Origin: a virus
Taxonomy: Duplodnaviria; Caudoviricetes
Virus record (IMG/VR): IMGVR_UViG_3300010429_001449
Strand: one strand, 5' to 3'
DNA length: 64,000 nt
In this document: positions 36,590-45,447 of the stretch, one piece after another
Layout: every line of letters begins with the position of its first letter
How positions within the stretch are numbered: the stretch's first letter is position 1
Notes under the pieces: generated by a model
The model's input: only the letters and a program-made list of their open reading frames with translations
Databases searched by the model: none
Told to the model about the DNA's origin: nothing
Made by a program: the position numbers and the translations under genes

Positions 36590-37700
36590 TTATTCTCGCC
36601 GAATCAGGCGGTTCCACCATGATATTGACGTTTGTTCCGGCGCGGCCTCCCAGCACGTACCTTGCTTATCACTAAAATGCCTGACAGCCATGCACAGCGG
36701 TTCTTCTGAGTGTGTCGCGGCTAGAGTATTCGCAGACGCAAGACGGGCTATTAGCGCATCCGGCTCGCGCATCTTTGTGCAGAACCAAGTACCGGGCAGT
36801 TCACAGGTCTTTCTTACCCATCGGCAATCTTCGCACAGATGAACAGCTACCGGGACAGAAGGGTCGCTGCCAAACGTGCTTTTTTGCTCACGAACAAGTC
36901 TAGCCACGCGGAGAGCCGCATAAGACGCGGGCGGCGGTTGTTCAAGCATCTTCAACCACTGCCTTGCTTCGGGAGTATCTAGTCGCGCAAGGATTTTCTT
37001 TGCGTCGGCAAGGAAAGTGACCGCCAGAGCAAGCTCTTGTTCTGTTAGTTGCAAAGCACCTTCTAGCGCCTGTGCGTCAGCGCCATCGAGGGGCTTGCGT
37101 CGTCTCGCGGCGTCCCTTGCTGTAAGTTGTTCTTCCTGCATGGCAGTCTCCCTAATCGGCGGTTACGCTTTCTCCCTCGCGCCATTGCGCCTCGTGGTCT
37201 CCGAGGCGTCTGTCCATTGCCGTTGGTGTCTCGATGTTCAGGTGCGCATCGAAGACGATATCACAGTAGAACTTGAACCAGAACGCCCGCACCTGCGGAT
37301 CAGGATGTTTGTATCCCAGAATCTCAGCCGCGTGCATCAGGTGCAGGTGGAAGTGATGCGGTACTTCGTCCACGCACTTCAGGTAGGCCGCCGTGAGGTC
37401 GCGCATGTGATGGCATATATCCACGATACAATGCGTGTCTATGTCGCAAGCACGACCGTTATCGCCTTCCTCGCAGCCGGGACAGGACGGCCCTGTGAAG
37501 CTGCCCCCTTTTGGATAACCGGGGTTCTTAATAGCCGCCTTGTCGAAGGCGCTCAACAGGAAGCAGCGTCGCAGCCACCGCAGGAGTTTCTTTGAAACAT
37601 GATTCTTCGGAAGGCCGTCCGGCCCACGGCACGCCGTGATGAGGACGGACTGCTGCATGTACGTCAACTCCTGAACCCAATCCTGTAAAACCGATGGCAT
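36590..37700 (-). other. two hypothetical CDSs (36590..37141 and 37152..37700)
   Basis: RBSs present; lie between the TPM and LemA genes. Confidence 0.6.
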
Positions 37701-37715
37701 CTGTCCTGTTCCTGT

Positions 37716-38804
37716 CTACCACTTTCCAGAAGCCCCACCGCCGCCAAAGCCGCCGCCACGACCGCCGCCAAAGCCGCCGAAACCACCACTGCCCGACGAA
37801 CGCCTGCGGCGATCATCATCTTCCCGCCGTCTGCGGCGAGCACGTTCTTCTTCCTCCTCCTCACGGCGTCTACGTCTGGCACGTTCTTCCTCATCTTGCC
37901 GCTTACGAAGTTCTTCTGCGCGACGCGCAGCACTTGCTGCTTCATCGTCGTCTTTTTTAGGCTGCTCTTTCTGATTAGACTGCCCTATCAGAACATCAGA
38001 GTCACGACGCGCATGACGGGGTATAAAAAGCGCAGATGCGGCTGCGGCGGCTGGAGTGTATTTCCACGCAGCTTCGTCTATCTTCAACTCAGCGAGTCGT
38101 TTCTTTTCCTCGGCAAGACGTTCTTGTTCTCTCTTCTCCTCAGCAAGGCGTTCTCGCTTCCTCTTTCTTTTATCAAAATAGCTAAAGATACCGCTGCCGA
38201 TAAGGAACAAGACAAAAAGACCAGCAAAAATACCCAATGTAATAAGAATAACTTTCGCCTCCAATTCCTCTTGCTTTTTCCGTTCGGCCTTTATCTGCTC
38301 TAACCCGCCCAACGCAATCTTGTTGGCGTCCGCAATCCGCGAGGCGATATCGAGCGCGGCGTTGCGAATGCCGCCGCCGTAATCACCCGCCTTGAAGCGC
38401 GGAACCATCTTATCACGGCCTATCTGACCTACCAAACCATCAGGAAGTACGGATTCAAGACCATAACCAACTTCGATTCGATATTCTCTGTCATTGACAG
38501 CCACAAGAAGCAGAACACCGTTATCCTTGCCTTTCTGACCGAGCTTCCAGCCCTGCGCTACAGCGACGGAGTACGCTTCGATGTTCTGGCCGTTCAACGT
38601 ATCAACAGTCAGGACGATGAATTGCGCGGTCGTCTTCTGTTCGAGTTCTCTCAAGACGCCATTGATGTCGGCCTCGTCCTTTTCGTTGATGACGTTGGCC
38701 TTGTCCTCTACGTAGTTCTGCGGCTGCGGCAGTGCCTGCGCCAAGCAGAGAGAGGAACACACAAGGAATGCTGCTACCCACAAAACAAACTTCTTCATCG
38801 GCAA
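37716..38804 (-). CDS. TPM-domain membrane protein
   Basis: Signal peptide; WKLGQKGKDNGVLLLV; IEVGYGLE..LPD; TM helix; C-terminal GGFGGGGASGKW. Confidence 0.93.
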   Translation of the reverse strand: MPMKKFVLWVAAFLVCSSLCLAQALPQPQNYVEDKANVINEKDEADINGVLRELEQKTTAQFIVLTVDTLNGQNIEAYSVAVAQGWKLGQKGKDNGVLLLVAVNDREYRIEVGYGLESVLPDGLVGQIGRDKMVPRFKAGDYGGGIRNAALDIASRIADANKIALGGLEQIKAERKKQEELEAKVILITLGIFAGLFVLFLIGSGIFSYFDKRKRKRERLAEEKREQERLAEEKKRLAELKIDEAAWKYTPAAAAASALFIPRHARRDSDVLIGQSNQKEQPKKDDDEAASAARRAEELRKRQDEEERARRRRREEEEEERARRRRREDDDRRRRSSGSGGFGGFGGGRGGGFGGGGASGKW

Positions 38805-39074
38805 AGTCCTTTCGCTTTTTGCAAACGTGCCTTCTGCGATGATAGCACGGTCTTACTTGCCGCCTTAGTCTGCGGCGCAACTAGCTGAATCAATTTCCCG
38901 CCGCACTCAGCCTTATGCTTTTGCAGCCACTGACCAGAGATCGGTACTGTTCCCCAACTAAGACCTTCGCGCATCTCAAAAGATGGACATAAACATTTCC
39001 AACCTTTTTCGCAACACCAAACACCATCACCGTAACAGCGAGTATTCTTGGCGGCCCTTCTAACAGAAACGGAA

Positions 39075-39656
39075 TTAGACATTTGTTGTCCTTCTTAGTT
39101 GTTTTATCACACGCGCCAGCCATATCTTCAGCCAAGAGTGTGTCTCGACTGAGAGAGCGCGTTCAAGCGGTGGCAATGATCTTGGATCGTCCAAGTAACT
39201 TAAACCCGACGCCGCAGAGTCACGTACACCAGTATCTGGATGCGAAAGAAGTCCTTCTAGGAACGCACGACGTTCCTCACGCAAGGGGATGTTCTTATCG
39301 TCAAAACCGAGCGACTTGACACATTCACATGTCCAATCATGACCTTCATAACAGCCTCTGCACACGCTACTAACAATACGATACGTCGGGTCCAATCCAG
39401 CCACGCGCTCGTTGAGGGCGCGGAAGCTAAGAGGCTCCTGCATTGATTCTTCTGCCGCCTCCATTGCTGCCTCTGCCGGACGATGCAAGCCGGTAATCAC
39501 CTTGCCTTCCTCGTACTCCACTTTGCCGGGGAACCATTTTGCTTCCCAAGCTCTGGCAGCGGCAACGCAAGTTACTTCGTACACAACGACGTAGCTTCCG
39601 TCATCGCGCCGCCACTTCCAACCATCTCCTGTCAGTTCCCACTTTTCCAGCATCAA
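39075..39656 (-). CDS. hypothetical protein with C-terminal HEAT-like repeat
   Basis: LSHPDTGVRDSAASGLSYLDDPRSLPPLERAL. Confidence 0.6.
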   Translation of the reverse strand: MMLEKWELTGDGWKWRRDDGSYVVVYEVTCVAAARAWEAKWFPGKVEYEEGKVITGLHRPAEAAMEAAEESMQEPLSFRALNERVAGLDPTYRIVSSVCRGCYEGHDWTCECVKSLGFDDKNIPLREERRAFLEGLLSHPDTGVRDSAASGLSYLDDPRSLPPLERALSVETHSWLKIWLARVIKQLRRTTNV

Positions 39657-39750
39657 AATTCTACCCCAAAGACCTCGTCACCAATCGCCATAGCGGACCA
39701 CCCAAGAGGTTCCTTGGTTTGCTTGTTTCTACTGCCGTAGAATTCCATGA

Positions 39751-40113
39751 TCATCTCCCTGAACGCACGGCAAAGACTCGAGTGTAGACCGAGTGTGTGC
39801 GAGGGATGTAGTCCTCGTTGCCATAGTAGAAATCGAAGGCCCAGGCCGACGAGTCGTCCCGATGCTCAGCCCACACCCACCAACCAGTTGTCTTGAACGA
39901 CGGGTTAATATGCCGGGTAACAATTCCGGGTTGGTACAAGGTCTTTAACTCCTCACGAGTAGGCATTCGCCAGTTACCGCCCCAAGGGGCGCGAGATTCA
40001 ACCCAGGCAACGGCCTCGTTATAAGTCGTGGTCCTGTTAGGACCTACGAGCCATTCGAGACCCGTCGTCGTATCAAGGATCACTCCGCCTTCTTGCTCTT
40101 GAAATCTACACAC
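39751..40113 (-). CDS. single DUF1566 (Lcl C-terminal, CLec-like) domain protein
   Basis: GGAGG + GTG at 40113; ILDTTTGLEW..WRMPTREEL..AW.FDF..RVFAVR. Confidence 0.85.
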   Translation of the reverse strand: MCRFQEQEGGVILDTTTGLEWLVGPNRTTTYNEAVAWVESRAPWGGNWRMPTREELKTLYQPGIVTRHINPSFKTTGWWVWAEHRDDSSAWAFDFYYGNEDYIPRTHSVYTRVFAVRSGR

Positions 40114-41071
40114 CGTCGCCTCCCTTACGGCGCACGGCGAACACTCGTAGGCAGTCCGAAATCGTGCGACTGCTGTAGTTCTCGCTGCCAAAGAGGAAGT
40201 GGAAAAGCCAGGCCGACGAGGCATCCTTCGGTTCCGTCCAGACCAACCAGCCCGTCGTCTTGAACACCGTGTCCGTGTTCCGGTCTCCCTTGCCCTTCTG
40301 GTACAACTCCTTCAACTGTTCTCGCGTCGGCATCTGCCATCCGCCGCCAGCAACAGTCAGATTCTTTACCCACGATTCGGCGGTAGCGTAGTCCGTTTCT
40401 TCATCCGGACCAACCAACCATTCGAGACCTGTCTGTGTATCAAGGATTACTCCGCATCCTTGCTCTTGAAATCTACCCTTACGGCGCACCGCGAAAACTC
40501 GATCATTTAACCCGTTATCGTGGTAGAGGTCGTACTCCTTGTCACGGTAAAAATCATAGACCCATGCTTTATCCGCACCGTCCGGCTCTGCCCATACGCT
40601 ACGCCCTTGTATGCCAAACAACGGATCAATATTCCACGCAGTTCCTTCCATGTGCAACTTCCTAAGCTGCATCCGCGTCGGCATACACCAGCCGCCACCA
40701 GCAGAAGTCAGACTCTTCACCCACGACACAGCCTTGGGGTAGTCCGTGTCTTCATCAGGCCCAACCAACCATTCAAGACCGGTTTTCTTGTCGGTGATAA
40801 TTCCATCAGCATTCTGTGAAAATCGAGGTTCTGGTTCGGAAGCCGAGACTGCTTTCGCCCGCTCGGCCTTTCTCTTTTTCATCGCCGCCCGAAGAACAGT
40901 CTCGGCCTCTATGCCTCCAATGGACATCTGCCAGAGATGCGAAATCTCCCTCGGATTCCAGCCGTCGGCGACAAGACGATCCCACACGGGCTTGATTGCA
41001 GCATTGAATTCGTCCAAGGCCGCGAGACCTTCATCGCCGTAGGCGTTGTAGTCGTTGTAAAAGGATTTCAT
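40106..41071 (-). CDS. protein with two DUF1566 domains
   Basis: Two copies of D..TGLEWLVGP..GGGW.MPTR.QL..RVFAVR. Confidence 0.9.
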   Translation of the reverse strand: MKSFYNDYNAYGDEGLAALDEFNAAIKPVWDRLVADGWNPREISHLWQMSIGGIEAETVLRAAMKKRKAERAKAVSASEPEPRFSQNADGIITDKKTGLEWLVGPDEDTDYPKAVSWVKSLTSAGGGWCMPTRMQLRKLHMEGTAWNIDPLFGIQGRSVWAEPDGADKAWVYDFYRDKEYDLYHDNGLNDRVFAVRRKGRFQEQGCGVILDTQTGLEWLVGPDEETDYATAESWVKNLTVAGGGWQMPTREQLKELYQKGKGDRNTDTVFKTTGWLVWTEPKDASSAWLFHFLFGSENYSSRTISDCLRVFAVRRKGGDGV

Positions 41072-41155
41072 TTGCTTACCTCTACCCCTAGTATAACGGA
41101 GTCGGCGCGATTGTCAAGGCGTTTTTTCGGAGATTCGTTTATTTTTCTGCGGGGG

Positions 41156-41231
41156 TGGAGCTGCAGGAGGGATTTGAACCCTCGGCCTCGTCCTTACCAA
41201 GGACGCGCTCTGCCGACTGAGCTACTGCAGC
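41156..41231 (-). tRNA. tRNA-Thr(GGT)
   Basis: Loop TTGGTAA; CCA end. Confidence 0.95.
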
Positions 41232-41232
41232 G

Positions 41233-41793
41233 TTATTCTTCGCGTAGAGGCGGAATATCGTGGGACGCGCTCATCTTGGGAATCAGTTTCTTTGTTCCCA
41301 AGCGGACCTCAAACTGCGCGGCGAAAGGCGGATAGTCATGGTGTTTGTGGAAGAACGCGAGAAGGGGAAGGACGTGATCGACCAAACAGGGGTGTTTCGT
41401 GACTTGGACGTGTCTCGTGACGTAAAGAATTTCGGGAAGAAGCTGTGTGCTAACTAGGGTGTGGCACATCGCCTCGTCTTGACCGTAGTACGTCGCGCCG
41501 AGCACACGAACGCTGCGGAGAACGTACTGCGCCAGGGACAGGCGCAGATTGATATGCGAGATTGATGCGTGTTGCGGCATCTCCGCCGTCAGTTGGGCGG
41601 CGGCCAACATTTGTTGACAAACCTCGTTGACCACCTCATCGAGTAGCGGTTCCTCATACAACCAATGGACGAGCACGTTTCTGGCCGCCCGAGCGTCTGC
41701 GGGCAACAAAGATAATGCTGCCGCCGCTGCCGCATTAACGCCGGTCATAACGTCGCTGAGAGGCAATAAAGGCGACTGTTCGCTCTTTTTCAT
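41233..41793 (-). CDS. hypothetical helical protein, possible paralog of 41955..42521
   Basis: GAGG RBS; C-terminal FFHKHHDYPPFAAQF. Confidence 0.5.
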   Translation of the reverse strand: MKKSEQSPLLPLSDVMTGVNAAAAAALSLLPADARAARNVLVHWLYEEPLLDEVVNEVCQQMLAAAQLTAEMPQHASISHINLRLSLAQYVLRSVRVLGATYYGQDEAMCHTLVSTQLLPEILYVTRHVQVTKHPCLVDHVLPLLAFFHKHHDYPPFAAQFEVRLGTKKLIPKMSASHDIPPLREE

Positions 41794-41850
41794 GTCCTCG
41801 TCCTTTCGCCCACTCAGCATAGCACAAACAACAACCACGTCCAACAAAGA

Positions 41851-41938
41851 TGGAGCCGCCGGAGGGAGTTGAACCCTCAATGTGTCGTTAAACACGCCGA
41901 CTTACAAGGCCGGTGCTCTGCCCTTGAGCGACGGCGGC
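41851..41938 (-). tRNA. tRNA-Thr(TGT) with long variable arm
   Basis: Loop CTTGTAA; variable arm GTGT-TTAACG-ACAC; TCCA end. Confidence 0.85.
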
Positions 41939-41954
41939 TGAATCAAAAGACTTG

Positions 41955-42521
41955 TCAACCCTGTCCACCCCGCTTTTTATCCAATTCAGCAACAAACGGA
42001 GAGTGGTTGCGGTGTTTCCAGAAGTAGACCAGCAGAGCAGACAGCTTTTCCGCAGGATAACCGTAACGACTTGCTCTGGCCACGATCCAATCAACTTCCA
42101 ACATACGAGACAACAACCCAAGAGCGCAGCAAAGAAGGTGTTGTTGCATTGCTTGTTGCTCAATCGAAGACATTGAATCGCCGGACCACAAGAACTGTCT
42201 ATGATATTTCACGGCAAGGAGTGCTGTGTGAATGAAATTCTCAACGAGAACTGTGTACGTATCGTTGGCGTAATTCGCGGCAGCATCCTTCACGCATCTA
42301 CGCTGATACAAAGCCGCCTCCACTACAGCCAACGGCAGACTCTCGGTTGTGTGGCCGCCCCGCAAGACATAAACTGCAAGCACGTCTGGATTATCCGTGT
42401 CTTGCAGAGAAGACCTGTTCGCAGCGAAAAGGAACGAGAGCGCGGCGCACTCCAACAGGCGCACGCCGTCATCGATTTCCTTCTCTGACAACAACACCTG
42501 GTTTAGTACCGAGTCGGCCAT
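41955..42521 (-). CDS. hypothetical helical protein
   Basis: GAGG RBS; C-terminal YFWKHRNHSPFVAEL. Confidence 0.55.
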   Translation of the reverse strand: MADSVLNQVLLSEKEIDDGVRLLECAALSFLFAANRSSLQDTDNPDVLAVYVLRGGHTTESLPLAVVEAALYQRRCVKDAAANYANDTYTVLVENFIHTALLAVKYHRQFLWSGDSMSSIEQQAMQQHLLCCALGLLSRMLEVDWIVARASRYGYPAEKLSALLVYFWKHRNHSPFVAELDKKRGGQG

Positions 42522-42538
42522 AAAAACCTCATGCGAAG

Positions 42539-42614
42539 TGGAGCCGCCGGTGGGAATTGCACCCACAACCTCCGCTTTACGAAAGCGGCGCACAGCTATT
42601 CGTGCTTCGGCGGC
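42539..42614 (-). tRNA. tRNA-Thr(CGT)
   Basis: Loop TTCGTAA; T-loop TGCAA; CCA end. Confidence 0.88.
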
Positions 42615-42624
42615 TTTGATGTTG

Positions 42625-42713
42625 TGGCGGAAGGGGAGGGAGTCGAACCCTCAAAACCTTATTCAGGTTCGCCGATTTTCAAGACCGGTCGCGTACCGTT
42701 GGCGCACCCTTCC
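42625..42713 (-). tRNA. tRNA-Ser(TGA)
   Basis: Loop CTTGAAA; long variable arm. Confidence 0.93.
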
Positions 42714-43048
42714 GTTTTTGGCTCTCAACCAAGACCCCGCGCCTGCGGGCTTCCTCGATCACCGACCGGGCGCACTTTTGATTGAACGCCTCGTTCGGAT
42801 GCTCTATGTGTCCGTAGTGGCGCAGGTAATCCTTTGCTCCGGCAATCGTCCACGTCGTGTACATCGTACTGAGAACGCGCACGCCGCGCAACCGCGCCTC
42901 GTCAACAGTACTGATTACGTCTCCGGCGTGCGGCTGGCCTCGCTCGAAAAGCAAGAATTCGAGATTGTCGGGATGCTGCTTTCGCAATTTCTTGTCCGAC
43001 CGACCTACTTTTCTTCCTGCCTTGGCCATCAACCACGCCTTTCGTAGA

Positions 43049-43134
43049 TGGTGGGCACGGGGAGATTTGAACTCCCACCCGGTTTCCCGGACCAGACTCT
43101 CATCCTGGCGCGTATGCCATTTCGCCACGTGCCC
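43049..43134 (-). tRNA. tRNA-Leu(GAG)
   Basis: Loop ATGAGAG; long variable arm. Confidence 0.92.
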
Positions 43135-43138
43135 GTAT

Positions 43139-43223
43139 TGGTGGGCGAGGGGAGAGTTGAACTCCCACGGTCGTAGACCACTGCGTCCTAAGCGCAGCGC
43201 GGCTGCCTTTACGCCACTCGCCC
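43139..43223 (-). tRNA. tRNA-Leu(TAG)
   Basis: Loop CTTAGGA; long variable arm. Confidence 0.95.
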
Positions 43224-43233
43224 AAGAAAAGTC

Positions 43234-43376
43234 GAACGACTGGCCAACGTTTTTCCGCTCTCGCCGACACAGTCCCTTCCTTGCAAGTCAGGACTGCCGG
43301 AATCCTTGCGACCTTTAGGCCCTACGGTGCGTGTCGCTCGCCCGTCCGCTTGCCCAAGATTCACCGCAGCCGTTCT
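43234..43376 (-). ncRNA. candidate structured ncRNA (~143 nt)
   Basis: Starts at the predicted TSS; terminal helix GAACGGCTG/CAGTCGTTC; inner helices CGACAC/GTGTCG and CAGTCC/GGACTG. Confidence 0.45.
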
Positions 43377-43423
43377 AAACCTAGTATAACAGCGATACGT
43401 AAAATGTCAAGACACTTTTTCAA

Positions 43424-43455
43424 GTTTCAACCCACGCGCCCGTACGGGACGTGAC
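43424..43455 (-). CRISPR. solitary 32-nt type I-C-like CRISPR repeat; no array
   Basis: GTCACGTCCCGTACGGGCGCGTGGGTTGAAAC, matching the I-C repeat pattern (GTC..hairpin..TTGAAAC). Confidence 0.75.
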
Positions 43456-43475
43456 ATCCCGCGCCGCCAAACGTG

Positions 43476-44252
43476 TCAAAAAACGCCGCGTACTTGGCAG
43501 TACGGATAGATTTTCTTGAGGTCAGGCAGCCACTCCAATAGAAGGGCGAGGGGCGTCGGCGGCTGCAAGTTCATTGATTCGGTGAGGCAGTCGCCCGGTC
43601 GAAACGGTTGCAAAACCCACGGGGCGGTTGCGCGTATGTCTGCGAGGTAATGAGCAATGTTCTTCAAAGTACGTTTGCTATGAATGCGGTACGGACCGTC
43701 GGGATGATAGATGACTGTGGTACGAAGCTCTACGTCCTTCGCGTGTTCGAGTATCCGCGTCAACGACTTGCGAACGCACTGACTCACTCTGATACTGGAC
43801 GGCGCACCGACAAGCTTGTCGTAGCCGTCCTCCGGCTCGAAGCTCGTTTTGATATCGAGCGCTACGGAGTCTACCAGCTTGTCAGCCACGAGAGCGCCGA
43901 GCAGCCCGGCGTTTACGCCGTTGGTGGCCACGCGGATTTCCTTGCCCAGTTCTCTGAGTTTACGGCAGAACTTGCCGATATCCTGCCGCAGAGTCGGCTC
44001 GCCGCCGGTAATAACGATGCCGTTCGTCCATGTGTTCTTGCTGAGTTCCTCAAAGAGAAGGTCATGCGGAATAGCCTCCTCATTGATTTCGGCGGCAGTC
44101 TTATTCACAAGCTCCGCCGAATGGCAGAACGAACAACGAAGATTGCAGCCTCCGACGAATACGACGCTCGACAACCGCCCTGGCCACTCGCTAAGGTCGG
44201 AAGGGATGCAACCTACCACCGGAAAATGACAGTCTTGTTGTTCGTTGTCCAT
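43476..44252 (-). CDS. nrdG: anaerobic ribonucleotide reductase activating radical SAM protein
   Basis: WPGRLSSVVFVGGCNLRCSFCH, ITGGEPT, TNG, LDIK, ELRTT, LQPFRPG. Confidence 0.88.
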   Translation of the reverse strand: MDNEQQDCHFPVVGCIPSDLSEWPGRLSSVVFVGGCNLRCSFCHSAELVNKTAAEINEEAIPHDLLFEELSKNTWTNGIVITGGEPTLRQDIGKFCRKLRELGKEIRVATNGVNAGLLGALVADKLVDSVALDIKTSFEPEDGYDKLVGAPSSIRVSQCVRKSLTRILEHAKDVELRTTVIYHPDGPYRIHSKRTLKNIAHYLADIRATAPWVLQPFRPGDCLTESMNLQPPTPLALLLEWLPDLKKIYPYCQVRGVF

Positions 44253-44275
44253 GAGAACTCCTGAGAAAACGACTG

Positions 44276-44851
44276 CTATCTAGTTTGCCGCAACAGAGAA
44301 CCACAATTAGGACAAAGCAAATCATCTCCCACCACGCGCCAACCCGCGTCATAAGCGTGTCGAGCGCAGCGCAGGATCGCCTGCTGCGAATCAGCCATAG
44401 GCAGATAGGGATACGTAGTCGGCCACTTACTACCTATGTGCTGTGTGCGGCGAGAACAAATCGCGTGAACAACGCCTAGTTTATCGTACTGCTCTGTCAT
44501 ACTAGGCTTTTTGACTAACTTCAGCTTGGCGGCAATCGCCTGCACCTGTAAGCTGTACGCTGTCCAAGCCTCATCCTGTCCACGCTGATCGGCTTCAGCA
44601 CACCCCCAATAGAATAACGCCGCAGACTTGGCGTCTTTCAGATCGGGCAGACAACTATGAGCGATTCTTCCACTAAGCGCGTCCCGAACGTACCACATCT
44701 TCACTGCATAATATTCGGGAGAACTTCTTCTCGTATAGGAATGTACTGTTGCCAAGACCGTCTTTACCCCGGATTCTTTTGTCCAAACGCACAACATCCA
44801 AATGCCGTCGCTGCCGCGAATCCACTTAACGGGAACTTTTACGTGGAACAT
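44276..44851 (-). CDS. hypothetical protein
   Basis: GGAG RBS; C-terminal GW...LLCP.C. Confidence 0.55.
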   Translation of the reverse strand: MFHVKVPVKWIRGSDGIWMLCVWTKESGVKTVLATVHSYTRRSSPEYYAVKMWYVRDALSGRIAHSCLPDLKDAKSAALFYWGCAEADQRGQDEAWTAYSLQVQAIAAKLKLVKKPSMTEQYDKLGVVHAICSRRTQHIGSKWPTTYPYLPMADSQQAILRCARHAYDAGWRVVGDDLLCPNCGSLLRQTR

Positions 44852-44869
44852 ACCGTGTCTCCTAAAAAG

Positions 44870-44946
44870 TGGCTGGCCTCTCAGGGATCGAACCTGAAAC
44901 CTCCGCGTTCAAAGCGCGGCGCTCTTTCCTGTTGAGCTAGAGGCCA
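44870..44946 (-). tRNA. tRNA-Gln(TTG)
   Basis: Loop CTTTGAA; T1-A72 pair; GCCA end. Confidence 0.95.
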
Positions 44947-44947
44947 G

Positions 44948-45021
44948 TGGCTGGCGCTGGAAGAGTTGAACTTCCACGGTCCGGGTCAGAGCCGGATGCC
45001 CTACCGTTAGGCGAAGCGCCA
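44948..45021 (-). tRNA. tRNA-Gln(CTG)
   Basis: Loop CTCTGAC; GCCA end. Confidence 0.93.
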
Positions 45022-45027
45022 GTAGCA

Positions 45028-45447
45028 TTACAAAACACGACCTGCGTCATCAGAAAATCCTGCCAGAGCGAAGATCGCGGCGACAGCAATGTCGGCTAAC
45101 TCGCCACGAAACGCATGAATGTCATTCTCGCGCAGGGCGTCTTCCAATTCCAACACTTCCTCTTTGAGGACGCCGTAAGCCTCGTGGGGGCTAACAAAAC
45201 GTCCGTAGCCCTTCCGACTTAGCTGCTCCGCCAATTTTACGCACACGAGCGCCTTGGCCCGTTCCAAGTCCTTTTCCGGCACGTCCCGTCGCGTTTCTCT
45301 GTACTGGACAGTCTCGCCGAAACACTCGATGCACAAGTAAGCCCCGCAGGGCGTCAAAGCACAACGCGCTTTCTGCGAAGGTTTGCCGCAGCGCGGACAA
45401 ACCAGCGGATTCAAGCTGCCGCCGCTACCACAATCAGGGTCTGGCAT
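45028..45447 (-). CDS. MazG-like nucleotide pyrophosphohydrolase domain protein
   Basis: SPHEAYGVLKEEVLELEDAL..GELADIA. Confidence 0.7.
   Translation of the reverse strand: MPDPDCGSGGSLNPLVCPRCGKPSQKARCALTPCGAYLCIECFGETVQYRETRRDVPEKDLERAKALVCVKLAEQLSRKGYGRFVSPHEAYGVLKEEVLELEDALRENDIHAFRGELADIAVAAIFALAGFSDDAGRVL

Noticed and set aside
39700-41100. A complete DGR in this window
   Set aside because: No reverse transcriptase, Avd or AAC-rich template repeat seen.
43424-43455. A full CRISPR array or CRISPR-Cas locus
   Set aside because: Only one repeat was found by eye and no cas genes are present.
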